A stretch of 64,000 nucleotides of DNA. Origin: Candidatus Poribacteria bacterium. Its GTDB lineage: Bacteria > Poribacteria > WGA-4E > WGA-3G. The first letter of the stretch is position 1, and each line of letters starts with the position of its first letter. The DNA is taken from assembly GCA_965205015.1 (NCBI GenBank), contig OZ242029.1, positions 4,064,001-4,128,000 of the forward strand, given 5' to 3'. Shown here piece by piece: positions 28,126-38,621 of the stretch. Position numbers and translations under genes: made by a program. The notes under the pieces were generated by a model. That model saw nothing but the letters and a program-made list of their open reading frames with translations. It was not told the origin of the DNA and searched no databases.

Positions 28126-30831
28126 ATGCACACTCCTATTAAAACCAGATTTTTATTTTACACATTCACATTGCTTATATGCCTCAATTCCTTTTTCATA
28201 AGGAACACCGCTGCACAAGTCAGCGATGAACCCGTTGTCGCACCCGCCAATGCCAACTATACCTTTGAGACGATCGACGTTCCCGGTGTAGACTTCTTAG
28301 CAGTGACGGCAAGTAGCGACTTTGAGGACTACGCCGGCAACACCCCGAGTGCGGATGGTGAAAAAATGGTCGGTTTTACACTCATTGATGGCGTTTTTAC
28401 CACCCACGATTTCCCTGGGGCACAAGGCACGTATTTCTATGCGCTCGGTAATAATGGGGTCGCCGCTGGACACTACCAGGATAGCAACGGACTGTACCAC
28501 GGTGTCATCTTAGGAGAAGATGGTGAGTTGCGGCAATACGATTTTCCAGGTGCCGTCGAAACCCAAATCTTCGGTTATAGTGACGCCACCGGGAGACTGA
28601 CGGGTAATTTTACAGATACGTCCGGCGTTCGTCGTGGATTCTCAGGAGAGACAATAATTGAGTTCCCGGGGGCAACGGAAACTTATGCCGATTTTGTGAG
28701 CAGCTTAGGAAATGTCGTGGGTAGCTACGTAGATGCTGAAGGTACATATCATGCATACCTACGGGGTCCGAGCGGTAGTTTTGCAACATTCGACCTTCCA
28801 CTCGAAGGAGAGTTGGACTACTTTTTTCTCCACGGTCTCAACGATAGAGTGATTGCTGTTGGCCGCGCCAAACCGGTAGAGGGTGTCCCGCGCACTTATG
28901 TCGGCAACTTCCTCAACCTACAAGAATTACGGGTTCCGGATAGCGTTGGCACAGAGGGGTGGAATGTCAATCAGGACGGTTCCGTCGTCGGACACTATGA
29001 CTCCGCCGATGGGCGCAGACACGGATTTATTGCAAGACCCGTCCAGGACACTGCCCCACCAGTTAGCAATAGACGATCTGGCGCACCGCCCGGCTTTACT
29101 TTTGAGAGTATTGATGTTCCGGGTGTAGCGTTTTTAGCGTTGACGGCGAGTAGCGACTTTGAGGATTACGCTGGCTACACGAAAAGTGCCGATGGTGAAA
29201 AAATGGTCGGTTTTACGCTCATTGATGGGGTTTTTACCACTTATGATTTCCCGGGTTCGCAGAACACCTATTTCTATGCGCTCGGTAATAATGGGGTCGC
29301 CGCCGGACACTACGAGGATAGCGAAGGTCTCTACCACGGTGTCATCCTACAAGATGGCGAGTTGCGCCAATACGATTTCCCAGGTGCTGTTGAAACCCAA
29401 ATCTTCGGTTATAGTGATGCGACGGGTGCACTGACGGGTAATTTCATAGATGCTTCGGGTGTTCGCCGTGGTTTCTCAGGAGATTCAATAATTGAAGTCT
29501 CCGGAGCATCAACAACTTATGCCAATTTTGTGAATTGGACAGGCAATATCGTGGGTAGCTATGCTGATGCTGCAGGCATATATCACGCATACGTACGGGG
29601 TCGGACGGGTAGGTTTGTATATATCGACCTTCCAACAGTACTCAATCTGGAATACTTTTTTCTCCACGGTAACAACGAATCAAGAAGTGTCGTTGGCCGC
29701 GCGAAAGAGGTGGGGGATGTCCCGCGCACTTATGTCGGCAATCCCCTTAATCTACGTGAGTTGCGGTTTCCGGGCAGCGTTAGCACGGAGGGCTGGAATA
29801 TCAATCAGGACGACTCTGTCGTTGGGTACTACGACTCACCGGATGGGCGCAGACACGGGTTCATCGCAAAACCCGCTGATGAGACAGAGAGCCATCATTT
29901 TGGCAACTTCTACACTGTTACGCTCTCAAAAGGGTTGAACATGCTCTCTGTACCACTGGCATCTCCAACACCGATGAATGCGAAATCACTCGTCGCTATG
30001 GCAGGGGCGACAACCATCATCAGGTTTGATGCGCCAAACCAAAAATTCGTTGCGTGGACCCCAGATGCACCCAATGATGGTTTCTCAATTGAGGGTGGAC
30101 ACGGCTATATCGTTAATGTTCCAGAAACTCGTAACTTCGCCTTCGTCGGCGCACCGTGGACGGATCCAGTTCCAGAAACAACGGAGGTTTCCGCTGCCGC
30201 ACCCTCTGCGCTCTCTACAGGGAATCCCCAAGCAGCGTGGGCATTCGTTGTGAGTGGGAATTTGGCAGGCAAACCCGCACTTCTTGACGGATACAAAGTC
30301 ATCGTCCGCAATCTGAGAACAAACACCACCATAACCGCCGCAGTGCAAGGCGATTACTTCGCCGCCGCAACTGCCGATTTACAAAAACGGAGCGTCGTCC
30401 AAGTTGGAGACGTGGTTGAGCTGCGCGTTATCGGTCCGAGTGGAAACTTTGAATCACAAACTGTGAGTTTTGAAGTGACCCCTGAACATTTGGCGAACGC
30501 TGTTCTATCTGTCAGACTTGATGGCATAGGTCAACCGGAACAGAACCTGTTGCTACAGAACTACCCGAATCCGTTCAACCCTGAGACTTGGATTCCCTAT
30601 CAACTCTCGGAAGGCAGTCCCGTATCAATATCCATATACGATACAACAGGTAAGTTAGTTCGCACGCTTTCGCTGGGTTTTCAATCCGCGGGCTTCTACA
30701 ATAGTCAGGGACGTGCGGCGTATTGGGATGGGCGCAATGCCCTCGGGGAACGTGTTGCGAGTGGTATCTATTTCTACCAGCTGACAACCCCCTCCTTCCA
30801 GCAAACACGGCGGCTCGTCATTCTAAAGTAA
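28126..30831 (+). CDS. Secreted protein: 2 HAF-like propeller modules + shared stalk + CTD
   Basis: Signal peptide; two ~270-aa units YTFETIDVPG...GRRHGFIARP; LSKGLNMLSVPL, AWAFVVSG, QNYPNPFNPETWIPYQL. Confidence 0.88.
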   Translation: MHTPIKTRFLFYTFTLLICLNSFFIRNTAAQVSDEPVVAPANANYTFETIDVPGVDFLAVTASSDFEDYAGNTPSADGEKMVGFTLIDGVFTTHDFPGAQGTYFYALGNNGVAAGHYQDSNGLYHGVILGEDGELRQYDFPGAVETQIFGYSDATGRLTGNFTDTSGVRRGFSGETIIEFPGATETYADFVSSLGNVVGSYVDAEGTYHAYLRGPSGSFATFDLPLEGELDYFFLHGLNDRVIAVGRAKPVEGVPRTYVGNFLNLQELRVPDSVGTEGWNVNQDGSVVGHYDSADGRRHGFIARPVQDTAPPVSNRRSGAPPGFTFESIDVPGVAFLALTASSDFEDYAGYTKSADGEKMVGFTLIDGVFTTYDFPGSQNTYFYALGNNGVAAGHYEDSEGLYHGVILQDGELRQYDFPGAVETQIFGYSDATGALTGNFIDASGVRRGFSGDSIIEVSGASTTYANFVNWTGNIVGSYADAAGIYHAYVRGRTGRFVYIDLPTVLNLEYFFLHGNNESRSVVGRAKEVGDVPRTYVGNPLNLRELRFPGSVSTEGWNINQDDSVVGYYDSPDGRRHGFIAKPADETESHHFGNFYTVTLSKGLNMLSVPLASPTPMNAKSLVAMAGATTIIRFDAPNQKFVAWTPDAPNDGFSIEGGHGYIVNVPETRNFAFVGAPWTDPVPETTEVSAAAPSALSTGNPQAAWAFVVSGNLAGKPALLDGYKVIVRNLRTNTTITAAVQGDYFAAATADLQKRSVVQVGDVVELRVIGPSGNFESQTVSFEVTPEHLANAVLSVRLDGIGQPEQNLLLQNYPNPFNPETWIPYQLSEGSPVSISIYDTTGKLVRTLSLGFQSAGFYNSQGRAAYWDGRNALGERVASGIYFYQLTTPSFQQTRRLVILK

Positions 30832-30930
30832 GGGTCATCCGTACCTACTTTTTTAAGGCGAGCTCACGTAATTTTAAATACAAAACAAGCAAGTCCCAGC
30901 GGGACGGCATGTCTATAGAAAGGTTTCGTT
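30832..30930 (+). repeat. Duplicated intergenic spacer with REP-like hairpin, copy 1
   Basis: Nearly identical to 33628-33727; GTCCCAGCGGGAC-GGCATGTCTATAG. Confidence 0.9.
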
Positions 30931-33627
30931 ATGCATATTCATATTAAAAAAACCAGCATTTTATTTTACATGTTTACGTTGTTCATGTGCCTCAATTTCT
31001 TTTTCCTAAGGAACACCGCCGCACAAGACAACGCTGAACCCGCTGACGCACCTGCCAGTGACACCTATACTTTTGAGACGATTGAGGTTCCGGGTGTAGA
31101 CTTCTTAGCACTGACGGCGAGTAGCGACTTTGAGGACTACGCTGGCTACACGAAAAGTGCCGATGGTGAAAAAGACGTCGCCTTTACCCTCATTGATGAC
31201 GTTTTTACGACCTATGAGTTCCCGGACGCACAGAATACTTATTTCTACGCGCTCGGTAATGATGGGCGCGCTGCGGGCTACTACGAAGATAGCGAGGGTT
31301 TGCACCACGGTGTTATCTTGGAAAATGGCGAGTTACGTCAATACGATTTCCCTGATGCTGTGCAAACAGAGATATACGGTATTTCTGATGCGACGGGCGT
31401 ATTGACGGGTAATTGGATAGATGCTGCGGGTGTTCGGCGTGGATTTACAGGAGACACCATCCTTGAGTTTCCCGGGGCAATAGCAACATTCGCCGATTTT
31501 GTCAACTCGGATGGTAATTTGTTTGCCAGCTACATAGATGCTAACGGGGTATTTCAAGAATACGCATATTCCTCGGATGGCAGGTATGTAGCTTTTGAAC
31601 TCACAAATGCAGAAAACCTTGAATTCTTTTATGTCCATGGTGTTAACGATGCATTAGTAAGGATCGCCCGAGGTAAAGTGTTCGGTGATGTCATTCGCAC
31701 GTATCTGGGTACATTTACTGACGGTCTACGAGAATTGAAGGTTCCGGACAGTGTTAGCACACAAGGTTATAATATCAATCAGGATGGCTCTGTTGTCGGG
31801 TTCTATGACTCCCCTGATGGACGGAGACACGGGTTTATCGCCAAACCCATTGAAGTCGTTAATCAACCCGTTTTCCAAATCAGTGGTTTCAACTATACTT
31901 ACGAGAGTATTGATGTGCCGGGCGTAGATTTTTTAGCATTGACGGCGAGTTCTGACTTTGAAGATTATGCGGGTTACACGAAAAGTGCCGATGGCGAAAA
32001 AATGGTCGCCTTTACCCTCATTGATGGTGTTTTTAAGACGTATGATTTTCCGGGTTCACAGAACACCTATTTCTATGCCCTCGGTAATGATGGACGTGCT
32101 GCCGGACACTACGAGGATAGCGAGGGGCGCCACCGCGGTATCATCCTACAAGATGGCGAGTTACACCCATACGATTTTCCGGGATCCGTTGAAACGGAGC
32201 TATGGGGTATCAGTGATGCGACGGGGAATCTGACGGGTAATTGGACAGATGCTTCGGGCGTGCGTCGCGGATTCACCGGGGACATCATCGTTGAGTATCC
32301 GGGGGCAGTGGAAACTTATGCCGATTTTATCAACGCGTTAGGGGGTATGTTTGGTAGCTACGTAGATGACGAAGGGACATATACGCCATACCTACGCGCA
32401 CCGGATGGCAGGTATGTATCTTTCACCCCTCCAACCCAAGAAACTTATGAATTCTTTTTTGTGCACGGTTTCACCGATACAAAGATTTCCGTTTCCCGAG
32501 GCAAAGTGGTCGGCGAGGTCACCCGCACTTATGTCGGTACATTCCTTGGGGGGCTTCATGAATTGAAAGTTCCTGGCAGCGTTAGAACGGAAGGCTACAA
32601 TATCAATCAGGACGCTTCTGTGGTTGGGCACTATGACTCCCCTGATGGACGTAGACACGGATTTATTGCCAGACTCGGTACCGAGGAAGAAAGCGATGCT
32701 TTCAGCAATGCTTACACCGTCTCGCTGTCCAAAGGCTTGAACATGCTTTCTGTGCCACTGGCACCGCCAACACCGATGACTGCCAAGAACCTTGTCGCGA
32801 TAACAGGGGCGACAACCATCATCAGGTTTGATGCGCCAAACCAGAAATTCGTGGCATGGACACCGGATGCACCCAATGATGGTTTCTCAATTGAAGGTGG
32901 ACACGGCTATATCGTTAATGTCCCACAAGCCCGAAACTTCGCATTCGTCGGCGCACCGTGGACGGATCCAATGCCAAAAACAACGGAAGTCGCTGCCGCA
33001 CCCTCTGCGCTCTCTGCAGGGAATCCTCAAACAGCGTGGGCATTCGTTGTGAGTGGGCATTTGGCAGGCAAACCCACACTTGACGGATACAAAGTCATCG
33101 TCCGCAATCTGAGAACAAACACCACCATAACCGCCGCAGTGCAAGGCGATTACTTCGCCGCCGCAACTGCCGATTTACAAAAACGGAGCGTCGTCCAAGT
33201 TGGAGACGTGGTTGAGCTGCGCGTCATCGATCCCAGTGGAAACTTTGAATCACAAACTGTGAGTTTTGAAGTGACCCCTGAACATTTGGCGAATGCTGTT
33301 CTATCTGTCAGGCTTGATGGCATTGGTAGACCGGCGCAGAACTTGTTGCTACAGAACTATCCGAATCCGTTCAACCCTGAGACATGGATTCCGTATCAAC
33401 TCTCGGAAGGCAGTCCAGTATCAATATCCATATACGATACAACAGGTAAGTTAGTTCGCACGCTTTCGCTGGGTTTTCAATCCGCGGGCTTCTACAATAG
33501 TCAGGGACGTGCGGCGTATTGGGATGGGCGCAATGCCCTCGGTGAACGCGTTGCGAGTGGTATCTATTTCTACCAGTTGACGACCCGCTCCTTCCAGCAG
33601 ACACGGCGACTCGTCATTCTAAAGTAA
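30931..33627 (+). CDS. Secreted protein: 2 HAF-like propeller modules + stalk + CTD
   Basis: Paralog of 28126..30831 with near-identical C-terminal ~300 aa. Confidence 0.88.
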   Translation: MHIHIKKTSILFYMFTLFMCLNFFFLRNTAAQDNAEPADAPASDTYTFETIEVPGVDFLALTASSDFEDYAGYTKSADGEKDVAFTLIDDVFTTYEFPDAQNTYFYALGNDGRAAGYYEDSEGLHHGVILENGELRQYDFPDAVQTEIYGISDATGVLTGNWIDAAGVRRGFTGDTILEFPGAIATFADFVNSDGNLFASYIDANGVFQEYAYSSDGRYVAFELTNAENLEFFYVHGVNDALVRIARGKVFGDVIRTYLGTFTDGLRELKVPDSVSTQGYNINQDGSVVGFYDSPDGRRHGFIAKPIEVVNQPVFQISGFNYTYESIDVPGVDFLALTASSDFEDYAGYTKSADGEKMVAFTLIDGVFKTYDFPGSQNTYFYALGNDGRAAGHYEDSEGRHRGIILQDGELHPYDFPGSVETELWGISDATGNLTGNWTDASGVRRGFTGDIIVEYPGAVETYADFINALGGMFGSYVDDEGTYTPYLRAPDGRYVSFTPPTQETYEFFFVHGFTDTKISVSRGKVVGEVTRTYVGTFLGGLHELKVPGSVRTEGYNINQDASVVGHYDSPDGRRHGFIARLGTEEESDAFSNAYTVSLSKGLNMLSVPLAPPTPMTAKNLVAITGATTIIRFDAPNQKFVAWTPDAPNDGFSIEGGHGYIVNVPQARNFAFVGAPWTDPMPKTTEVAAAPSALSAGNPQTAWAFVVSGHLAGKPTLDGYKVIVRNLRTNTTITAAVQGDYFAAATADLQKRSVVQVGDVVELRVIDPSGNFESQTVSFEVTPEHLANAVLSVRLDGIGRPAQNLLLQNYPNPFNPETWIPYQLSEGSPVSISIYDTTGKLVRTLSLGFQSAGFYNSQGRAAYWDGRNALGERVASGIYFYQLTTRSFQQTRRLVILK

Positions 33628-33727
33628 GGTCCATCCGTACCTACTTTTTTAAGGCGAGCTCACGTAATTTTAAATACAAAACAAGCAAGCCCCAGCGGGG
33701 CGGCATGTCTATAGAGAGGTTTTCATT
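33628..33727 (+). repeat. Duplicated intergenic spacer with REP-like hairpin, copy 2
   Basis: GCCCCAGCGGGGC-GGCATGTCTATAG; matches 30832-30930. Confidence 0.9.
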
Positions 33728-36700
33728 ATGCATACTCAGATTAAAACCAATTTTTTATTTTACACGCTTACGTTGTTCATGTGCCTCAATTGCGTTTTCG
33801 TAGGAAGAACCGCCGCACAAGACAACGCTGAATCCACTGAGGCACCCGCCAGTGACAACTACACTTTTGAGACGATCGACGTTCCGGGCGTAGCGTTCTT
33901 ACAGTTGAGTGCCAGTAGCGACTTTGAGGATTACGCCGGCAGCACGCGGAGTGCGGATGGCGAAAAAATAGTCGCCTTTACGCTCATTGATGGTGTTTTT
34001 AAAACCTACGATTTCCCGGGTTCAAAAAATACTTATTTCTTTGCGCTCGGTAATAATGGCGACGCTGCCGGACACTACGAGGATAGCGACGGTCTATTCC
34101 ATGGGGTTGTCTTGAGAGATGGTGAATTGCAGCAATTCGATTTCCCGGGTGCTGTTGAGACGGAACTCTGGGGTATTAGTGATTCAACCGGCGCACTAAC
34201 GGGTAATTTTATAGATGCGTCTGGCATCCGTCGCGGATTCACAGGAGACGAAATTATTGAGTTCCCTGGGGCATCGGAAACGTATGCCGATTTTGTGAAC
34301 TCGAGCGGAGGGATGGTCGGCAGCTACGTAGACGCTGACGGTCTATATCATCCATACATACGTACGCCGACTGGCAGGTTTGTCCCTCTCAAGCTTCCAA
34401 GAGCAGCAAGTCTGGAATACTATTTTGTGCACGGTATCAACGATGCAAATGTGGTCGTTTCACGAGCCAAACCGGTGGATGGTGTCCCGCTCACTTATGT
34501 CGGCTCATTCCAAGAGGGGCTAAAGGAATTTAAAGTTCCGGGCAGTGTGAGCACGGAAGGCTATAATATCAATCAGGACGGTTCAATCGTCGGGCACTAT
34601 GATACAGCAGATGGACGCAGACACGGGTTCATCGCTAGACCCATAACGGACACCGCTGCACCCGTTGAGGATCAACCTGTTGCCACACCTGCTGATCTCA
34701 ACTATACCTTTGAGAGTATTGATGTTCCGGGTGTAGACTTTTTAGCGTTGGCGGCGAGTAGCGACTTTGAGGATTACGCTGGCTACACGAAAAGTGCTGA
34801 TGGTGAAAAAGAGGTCGCCTTTACGTTGATAGATGGGGTTTTTACAACCTACGATTTCCCCGGCTCACAGAGTACTTATTTCTTTGCGCTCGGTAATGAT
34901 GGACGAGCTGCAGGACATTACCAAGATAGCGAGGGTCTCTACCATGGTGTCGTTTTAGAAGATGGCGAGTTACGGCAATACGATTTTCCGGGTGCCGTCG
35001 AAACAGAGATATATGGCATCAGTGATGCAACAGGGGCATTGACGGGTAATTTCACAGATGCGTCTGGTGTTCGGCGTGGATTCTCAGGGGAGACAATAGT
35101 TGAAGCTCCCGGGGCACCGGAAACGTATGCCGATTTTATAAACGCGAGTGGTCGTATGGTGGGCAGCTACATAGATGCTGACGGCATATATCATCCATAC
35201 ACGCGTAGCTCGGAGGGCAGGTTTATATCTCTCAAACTCCCACAAGCAGCACAATTTGAATACTTTTTTGTGCACGGTATCAACGACGTAGGGGTTCTCG
35301 TTGGCAGATCCAAACGAGTCGGTGGTGTCCCGCGCACCTACGTCGGCTCATTCCAGCATGGGCTACATGAATTGGAGTTTCCGGGCAGCGTTAGCACGGA
35401 GGGGTGGAACATCAATCAGGACGGCTCTGTTGTCGGGCACTATGATTCAGTCGATGGACGCAGACACGGGTTCATTGCCAGACCCGCAACGGACACTGCT
35501 GCACATGCCGACCCTCAGCCCGTTGTTACACCGACTGAACCTGTAGTTGAAGCCGGCGACTCCAACTACACATTTGAGAGTATTGATGTTCCGGACGTAG
35601 ACTTTTTAGAGTTGACGGCGAGTAGCGACTTTGGGGATTACGCGGGGAACACCCGGAGTGCTGATGGTCAAAAAATCGTCGGCTTTACACTCATTGATGG
35701 CGTTTTTACGACTTACGATTTTCCCGGTTCGCAGAACACTTATTTCTATGCCCTCGGTAACAATGGACAAGCCGCAGGACACTATGAGGATAGCGACGGT
35801 CTTCATCATGGTGTCATCTTAGAAAACGGCGAGTTGAGGCAATATGATTTTCCGAGTGCCGTCGAAACGTTCCTCTACGGTATCTCTGATGCGACGGGTG
35901 CCCTGACGGGTAATTTTATAGATGCTTCGGGGGTGCGTCGAGGTTTCACAGGGGACGAAATTATTGAGGTCCCTGGTGCCTTGGAAACGTATGCCGATTT
36001 CGTGAGCGCGGGTCGGCTCGTCGGCAGCTACATAGATGCTTCGGGTATATATCATGCCTACATACGTTCTCCACAAGGCAAGTATACATCTATTGAGCTG
36101 CCAGACGGACCGAAGCTGGCGTACTATTTTCTGCACGGTATCAATGATGCAGGGACTTACGTTGCCCGCGCGAAAGTCGTGGATGATATTCCGCGGACAT
36201 ACGTCGGCACATTCACCGGGCGGGAGGAGTTGCGTTTTCCGGGCAGTGTCAGTACACAGGGTTATAATATCAATCAAGACGGCTCTATCGTCGGAAACTA
36301 TGACACTTCTGATGGACGCAGACACGGGTTCATCGCCAGACCTGCTGGAGGGATGGCTGCGCAACCGGTTGTCCCTACCAGTTTCAACTATACTTTTGAG
36401 AGTATTGCTGTTCCGGGAGTCGCCTATTTACAGTTGACAGCAAGTAGCGACTTTGAGGATTACGCCGGCAACACGCGGAGTGCTGACGGTGAAAAAATCG
36501 TCGGCTTTACGCTCATTGATGGCGTTTTTACAACCTACGATTTCCCCGGCTCACAGAACACTTTTTTCTATGCACTGGGTAACAACGGTCAAGCCGCCGG
36601 ACACTACGAAGATAGCAACGGCCTGTTCCACGGGGTCATCTTAGAAAACGGCGAGTTAAGGCAATATGATTTCCCGGGTGCCGTTGAGACGGAGATATAC

Positions 36701-38119
36701 GGTATCTCTGATGCGACCGGTGCCTTGACGGGAAATTTTATAGATGCTTCGGGTATACGTCGCGGCTTCTCTGGAGAGACCATCGTTGAGTTTCCCGGTG
36801 CCACAGCAACTTATGCCGATTTTATCGCCGCGGGTCGGCTCGTCGGCAGCTATGTAGATGCTGAAGGTGTATATCGTCCCTACATACGTGATACCGATGG
36901 CAAGATGAGATCTATTAACATCCCAGCAGCAGAAAATATGGAGTACCTCTTTTCGCACGGTATCAATGATGCGGGGGTTTCCGTCAATCGTGCAAAAGTC
37001 GTGGATGATATTCCGCGGACATACGTCGGCACACTCCAAGGATTCCATGAGTTGCGTTTTCCGGGCAGCGTTAGCACGGAGGGGTGGAATATCAATCAGG
37101 ACGGCTCCGTCGTCGGACACTATGACTCACCCGATGGACGGAGGCACGGGTTCATCGCCAGACCTGTTGATGCGGCAGAGAGCACTCAGTTTGGCAACTT
37201 CTACACCGTTACGCTGTCTAAAGGGTTGAACATGCTTTCTGTGCCGTTAGCACCTGCAACGCCGATGACTGCCAAGGCACTTGTCGCGATGGCAGGGGCG
37301 ACAACTATCATCAGGTTTGATGCGCCAAATCAGAAATTCGTGGCGTGGACACCAGATGCACCCAATGATGGTTTCTCAATTGAAGGCGGAAAAGGTTATA
37401 TCGTCAATGTCCCAGAAACCCGAAACTTCGCTTTCGTCGGTGCACCGTGGACGGATCCAATGCCAAAAACAACGGAGGTTTCCGCTGCCGCACCCTCTGC
37501 CATATCCACGGAGATGCCGCAAGCAGCGTGGGCATTCGTTGTGAGTGGGCATTTGGCAGGCAAACCCGCGTTCAATGGATACCAAGTCAGCGTCCGTAAC
37601 CTGAGAACCAACCGCATCATAACCGCATCCTTGCAAGGTGATTACTTCGCTGCTGCAACTGCCGACTTAACGCGGCGAAGCGTCGTCCAAGTTGGAGACG
37701 TGATTGAATTACGCGTCATCGGTCCGGGTGGAAACGCTGAATCGCAACCTCTCACTTTCAAAGTGACCCCTGAGCATCTTGCGAATGCGGTCTTGTCTGT
37801 CAGGCTTGATGGCATCGGTCAACCGCAGCAGAATCTCTTGTTGCAGAACTACCCGAATCCGTTTAACCCGGAGACATGGATTCCATACCAACTCTCGGAA
37901 GACAGTCCCGTATCGATATCCATATACGATACAACGGGTAAGTTGGTTCGCACGCTTTCACTCGGTTTCCAATCCGCAGGTTTTTACAATAGTCAGGGAC
38001 GTGCGGCGTATTGGGATGGACGCAATGCCCTTGGGGAACGCGTTGCGAGTGGTATCTATTTCTACCAGTTGACGACCCCCTCCTTCCAGCAGACACGGCG
38101 ACTCGTCATTCTAAAGTAG
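33728..38119 (+). CDS. Secreted protein: 4 HAF-like propeller modules + stalk + CTD
   Basis: Four NYTFE(T/S)I units beginning near 33857, 34700, 35564, 36386 with P/T/A-rich linkers. Confidence 0.88.
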   Translation: MHTQIKTNFLFYTLTLFMCLNCVFVGRTAAQDNAESTEAPASDNYTFETIDVPGVAFLQLSASSDFEDYAGSTRSADGEKIVAFTLIDGVFKTYDFPGSKNTYFFALGNNGDAAGHYEDSDGLFHGVVLRDGELQQFDFPGAVETELWGISDSTGALTGNFIDASGIRRGFTGDEIIEFPGASETYADFVNSSGGMVGSYVDADGLYHPYIRTPTGRFVPLKLPRAASLEYYFVHGINDANVVVSRAKPVDGVPLTYVGSFQEGLKEFKVPGSVSTEGYNINQDGSIVGHYDTADGRRHGFIARPITDTAAPVEDQPVATPADLNYTFESIDVPGVDFLALAASSDFEDYAGYTKSADGEKEVAFTLIDGVFTTYDFPGSQSTYFFALGNDGRAAGHYQDSEGLYHGVVLEDGELRQYDFPGAVETEIYGISDATGALTGNFTDASGVRRGFSGETIVEAPGAPETYADFINASGRMVGSYIDADGIYHPYTRSSEGRFISLKLPQAAQFEYFFVHGINDVGVLVGRSKRVGGVPRTYVGSFQHGLHELEFPGSVSTEGWNINQDGSVVGHYDSVDGRRHGFIARPATDTAAHADPQPVVTPTEPVVEAGDSNYTFESIDVPDVDFLELTASSDFGDYAGNTRSADGQKIVGFTLIDGVFTTYDFPGSQNTYFYALGNNGQAAGHYEDSDGLHHGVILENGELRQYDFPSAVETFLYGISDATGALTGNFIDASGVRRGFTGDEIIEVPGALETYADFVSAGRLVGSYIDASGIYHAYIRSPQGKYTSIELPDGPKLAYYFLHGINDAGTYVARAKVVDDIPRTYVGTFTGREELRFPGSVSTQGYNINQDGSIVGNYDTSDGRRHGFIARPAGGMAAQPVVPTSFNYTFESIAVPGVAYLQLTASSDFEDYAGNTRSADGEKIVGFTLIDGVFTTYDFPGSQNTFFYALGNNGQAAGHYEDSNGLFHGVILENGELRQYDFPGAVETEIYGISDATGALTGNFIDASGIRRGFSGETIVEFPGATATYADFIAAGRLVGSYVDAEGVYRPYIRDTDGKMRSINIPAAENMEYLFSHGINDAGVSVNRAKVVDDIPRTYVGTLQGFHELRFPGSVSTEGWNINQDGSVVGHYDSPDGRRHGFIARPVDAAESTQFGNFYTVTLSKGLNMLSVPLAPATPMTAKALVAMAGATTIIRFDAPNQKFVAWTPDAPNDGFSIEGGKGYIVNVPETRNFAFVGAPWTDPMPKTTEVSAAAPSAISTEMPQAAWAFVVSGHLAGKPAFNGYQVSVRNLRTNRIITASLQGDYFAAATADLTRRSVVQVGDVIELRVIGPGGNAESQPLTFKVTPEHLANAVLSVRLDGIGQPQQNLLLQNYPNPFNPETWIPYQLSEDSPVSISIYDTTGKLVRTLSLGFQSAGFYNSQGRAAYWDGRNALGERVASGIYFYQLTTPSFQQTRRLVILK

Positions 38120-38193
38120 GGGCCACCCGTATAAAACTAACAGGTGTCACAGGGATGCTATCGGCGTAACTGTGACACTTCTTTAAACCTAAT

Positions 38194-38394
38194 AGGACTT
38201 ATGCAGCTTGCTCATTTTCGTGCGACCTTTGGTTCGTAGTCGCGCAATGGCGCAAGTCGCGTGTGGACTTGCGGTTAACCATCAACTCGCCTCCGATACA
38301 ATATTCAAAGGAAACCCGAGTTGATGGTTAAAATGCGCATTCTTGTGTTCTAAATAATCAATTTCGTCGTGGAATCCAAATTTGCGTAAGTCCT
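38194..38394. mobile_element. MITE-like element with AGGACTTA(C/T)GCA terminal inverted repeats
   Basis: AGGACTTATGCA ... TGCGTAAGTCCT (11/12 match). Confidence 0.6.
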
Positions 38395-38621
38395 GCCCAA
38401 AAAAAGATGTGTAAGTTCTAACCTGCCGAATTGCCTCCTTCACCCATTTGTTTTTCCGATTCTTAGGGATCAATAAAAATTGCTCAATATCACAGAAAAG
38501 TGCTATAATATCCATAGCGCGCGCGTTTCCATACCGGTTTAAGTGCCTCATTATACTATAGGCGTTCCTCCTTGGAATCACAGCTACATTTACATCAAAC
38601 TCAAGTTAAAAAAGGATAGCT

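Noticed and set aside
38282-38581. 99-aa minus-strand ORF between propeller genes
   Set aside because: Runs through a MITE end and promoter-like AT-rich DNA; no recognisable domain
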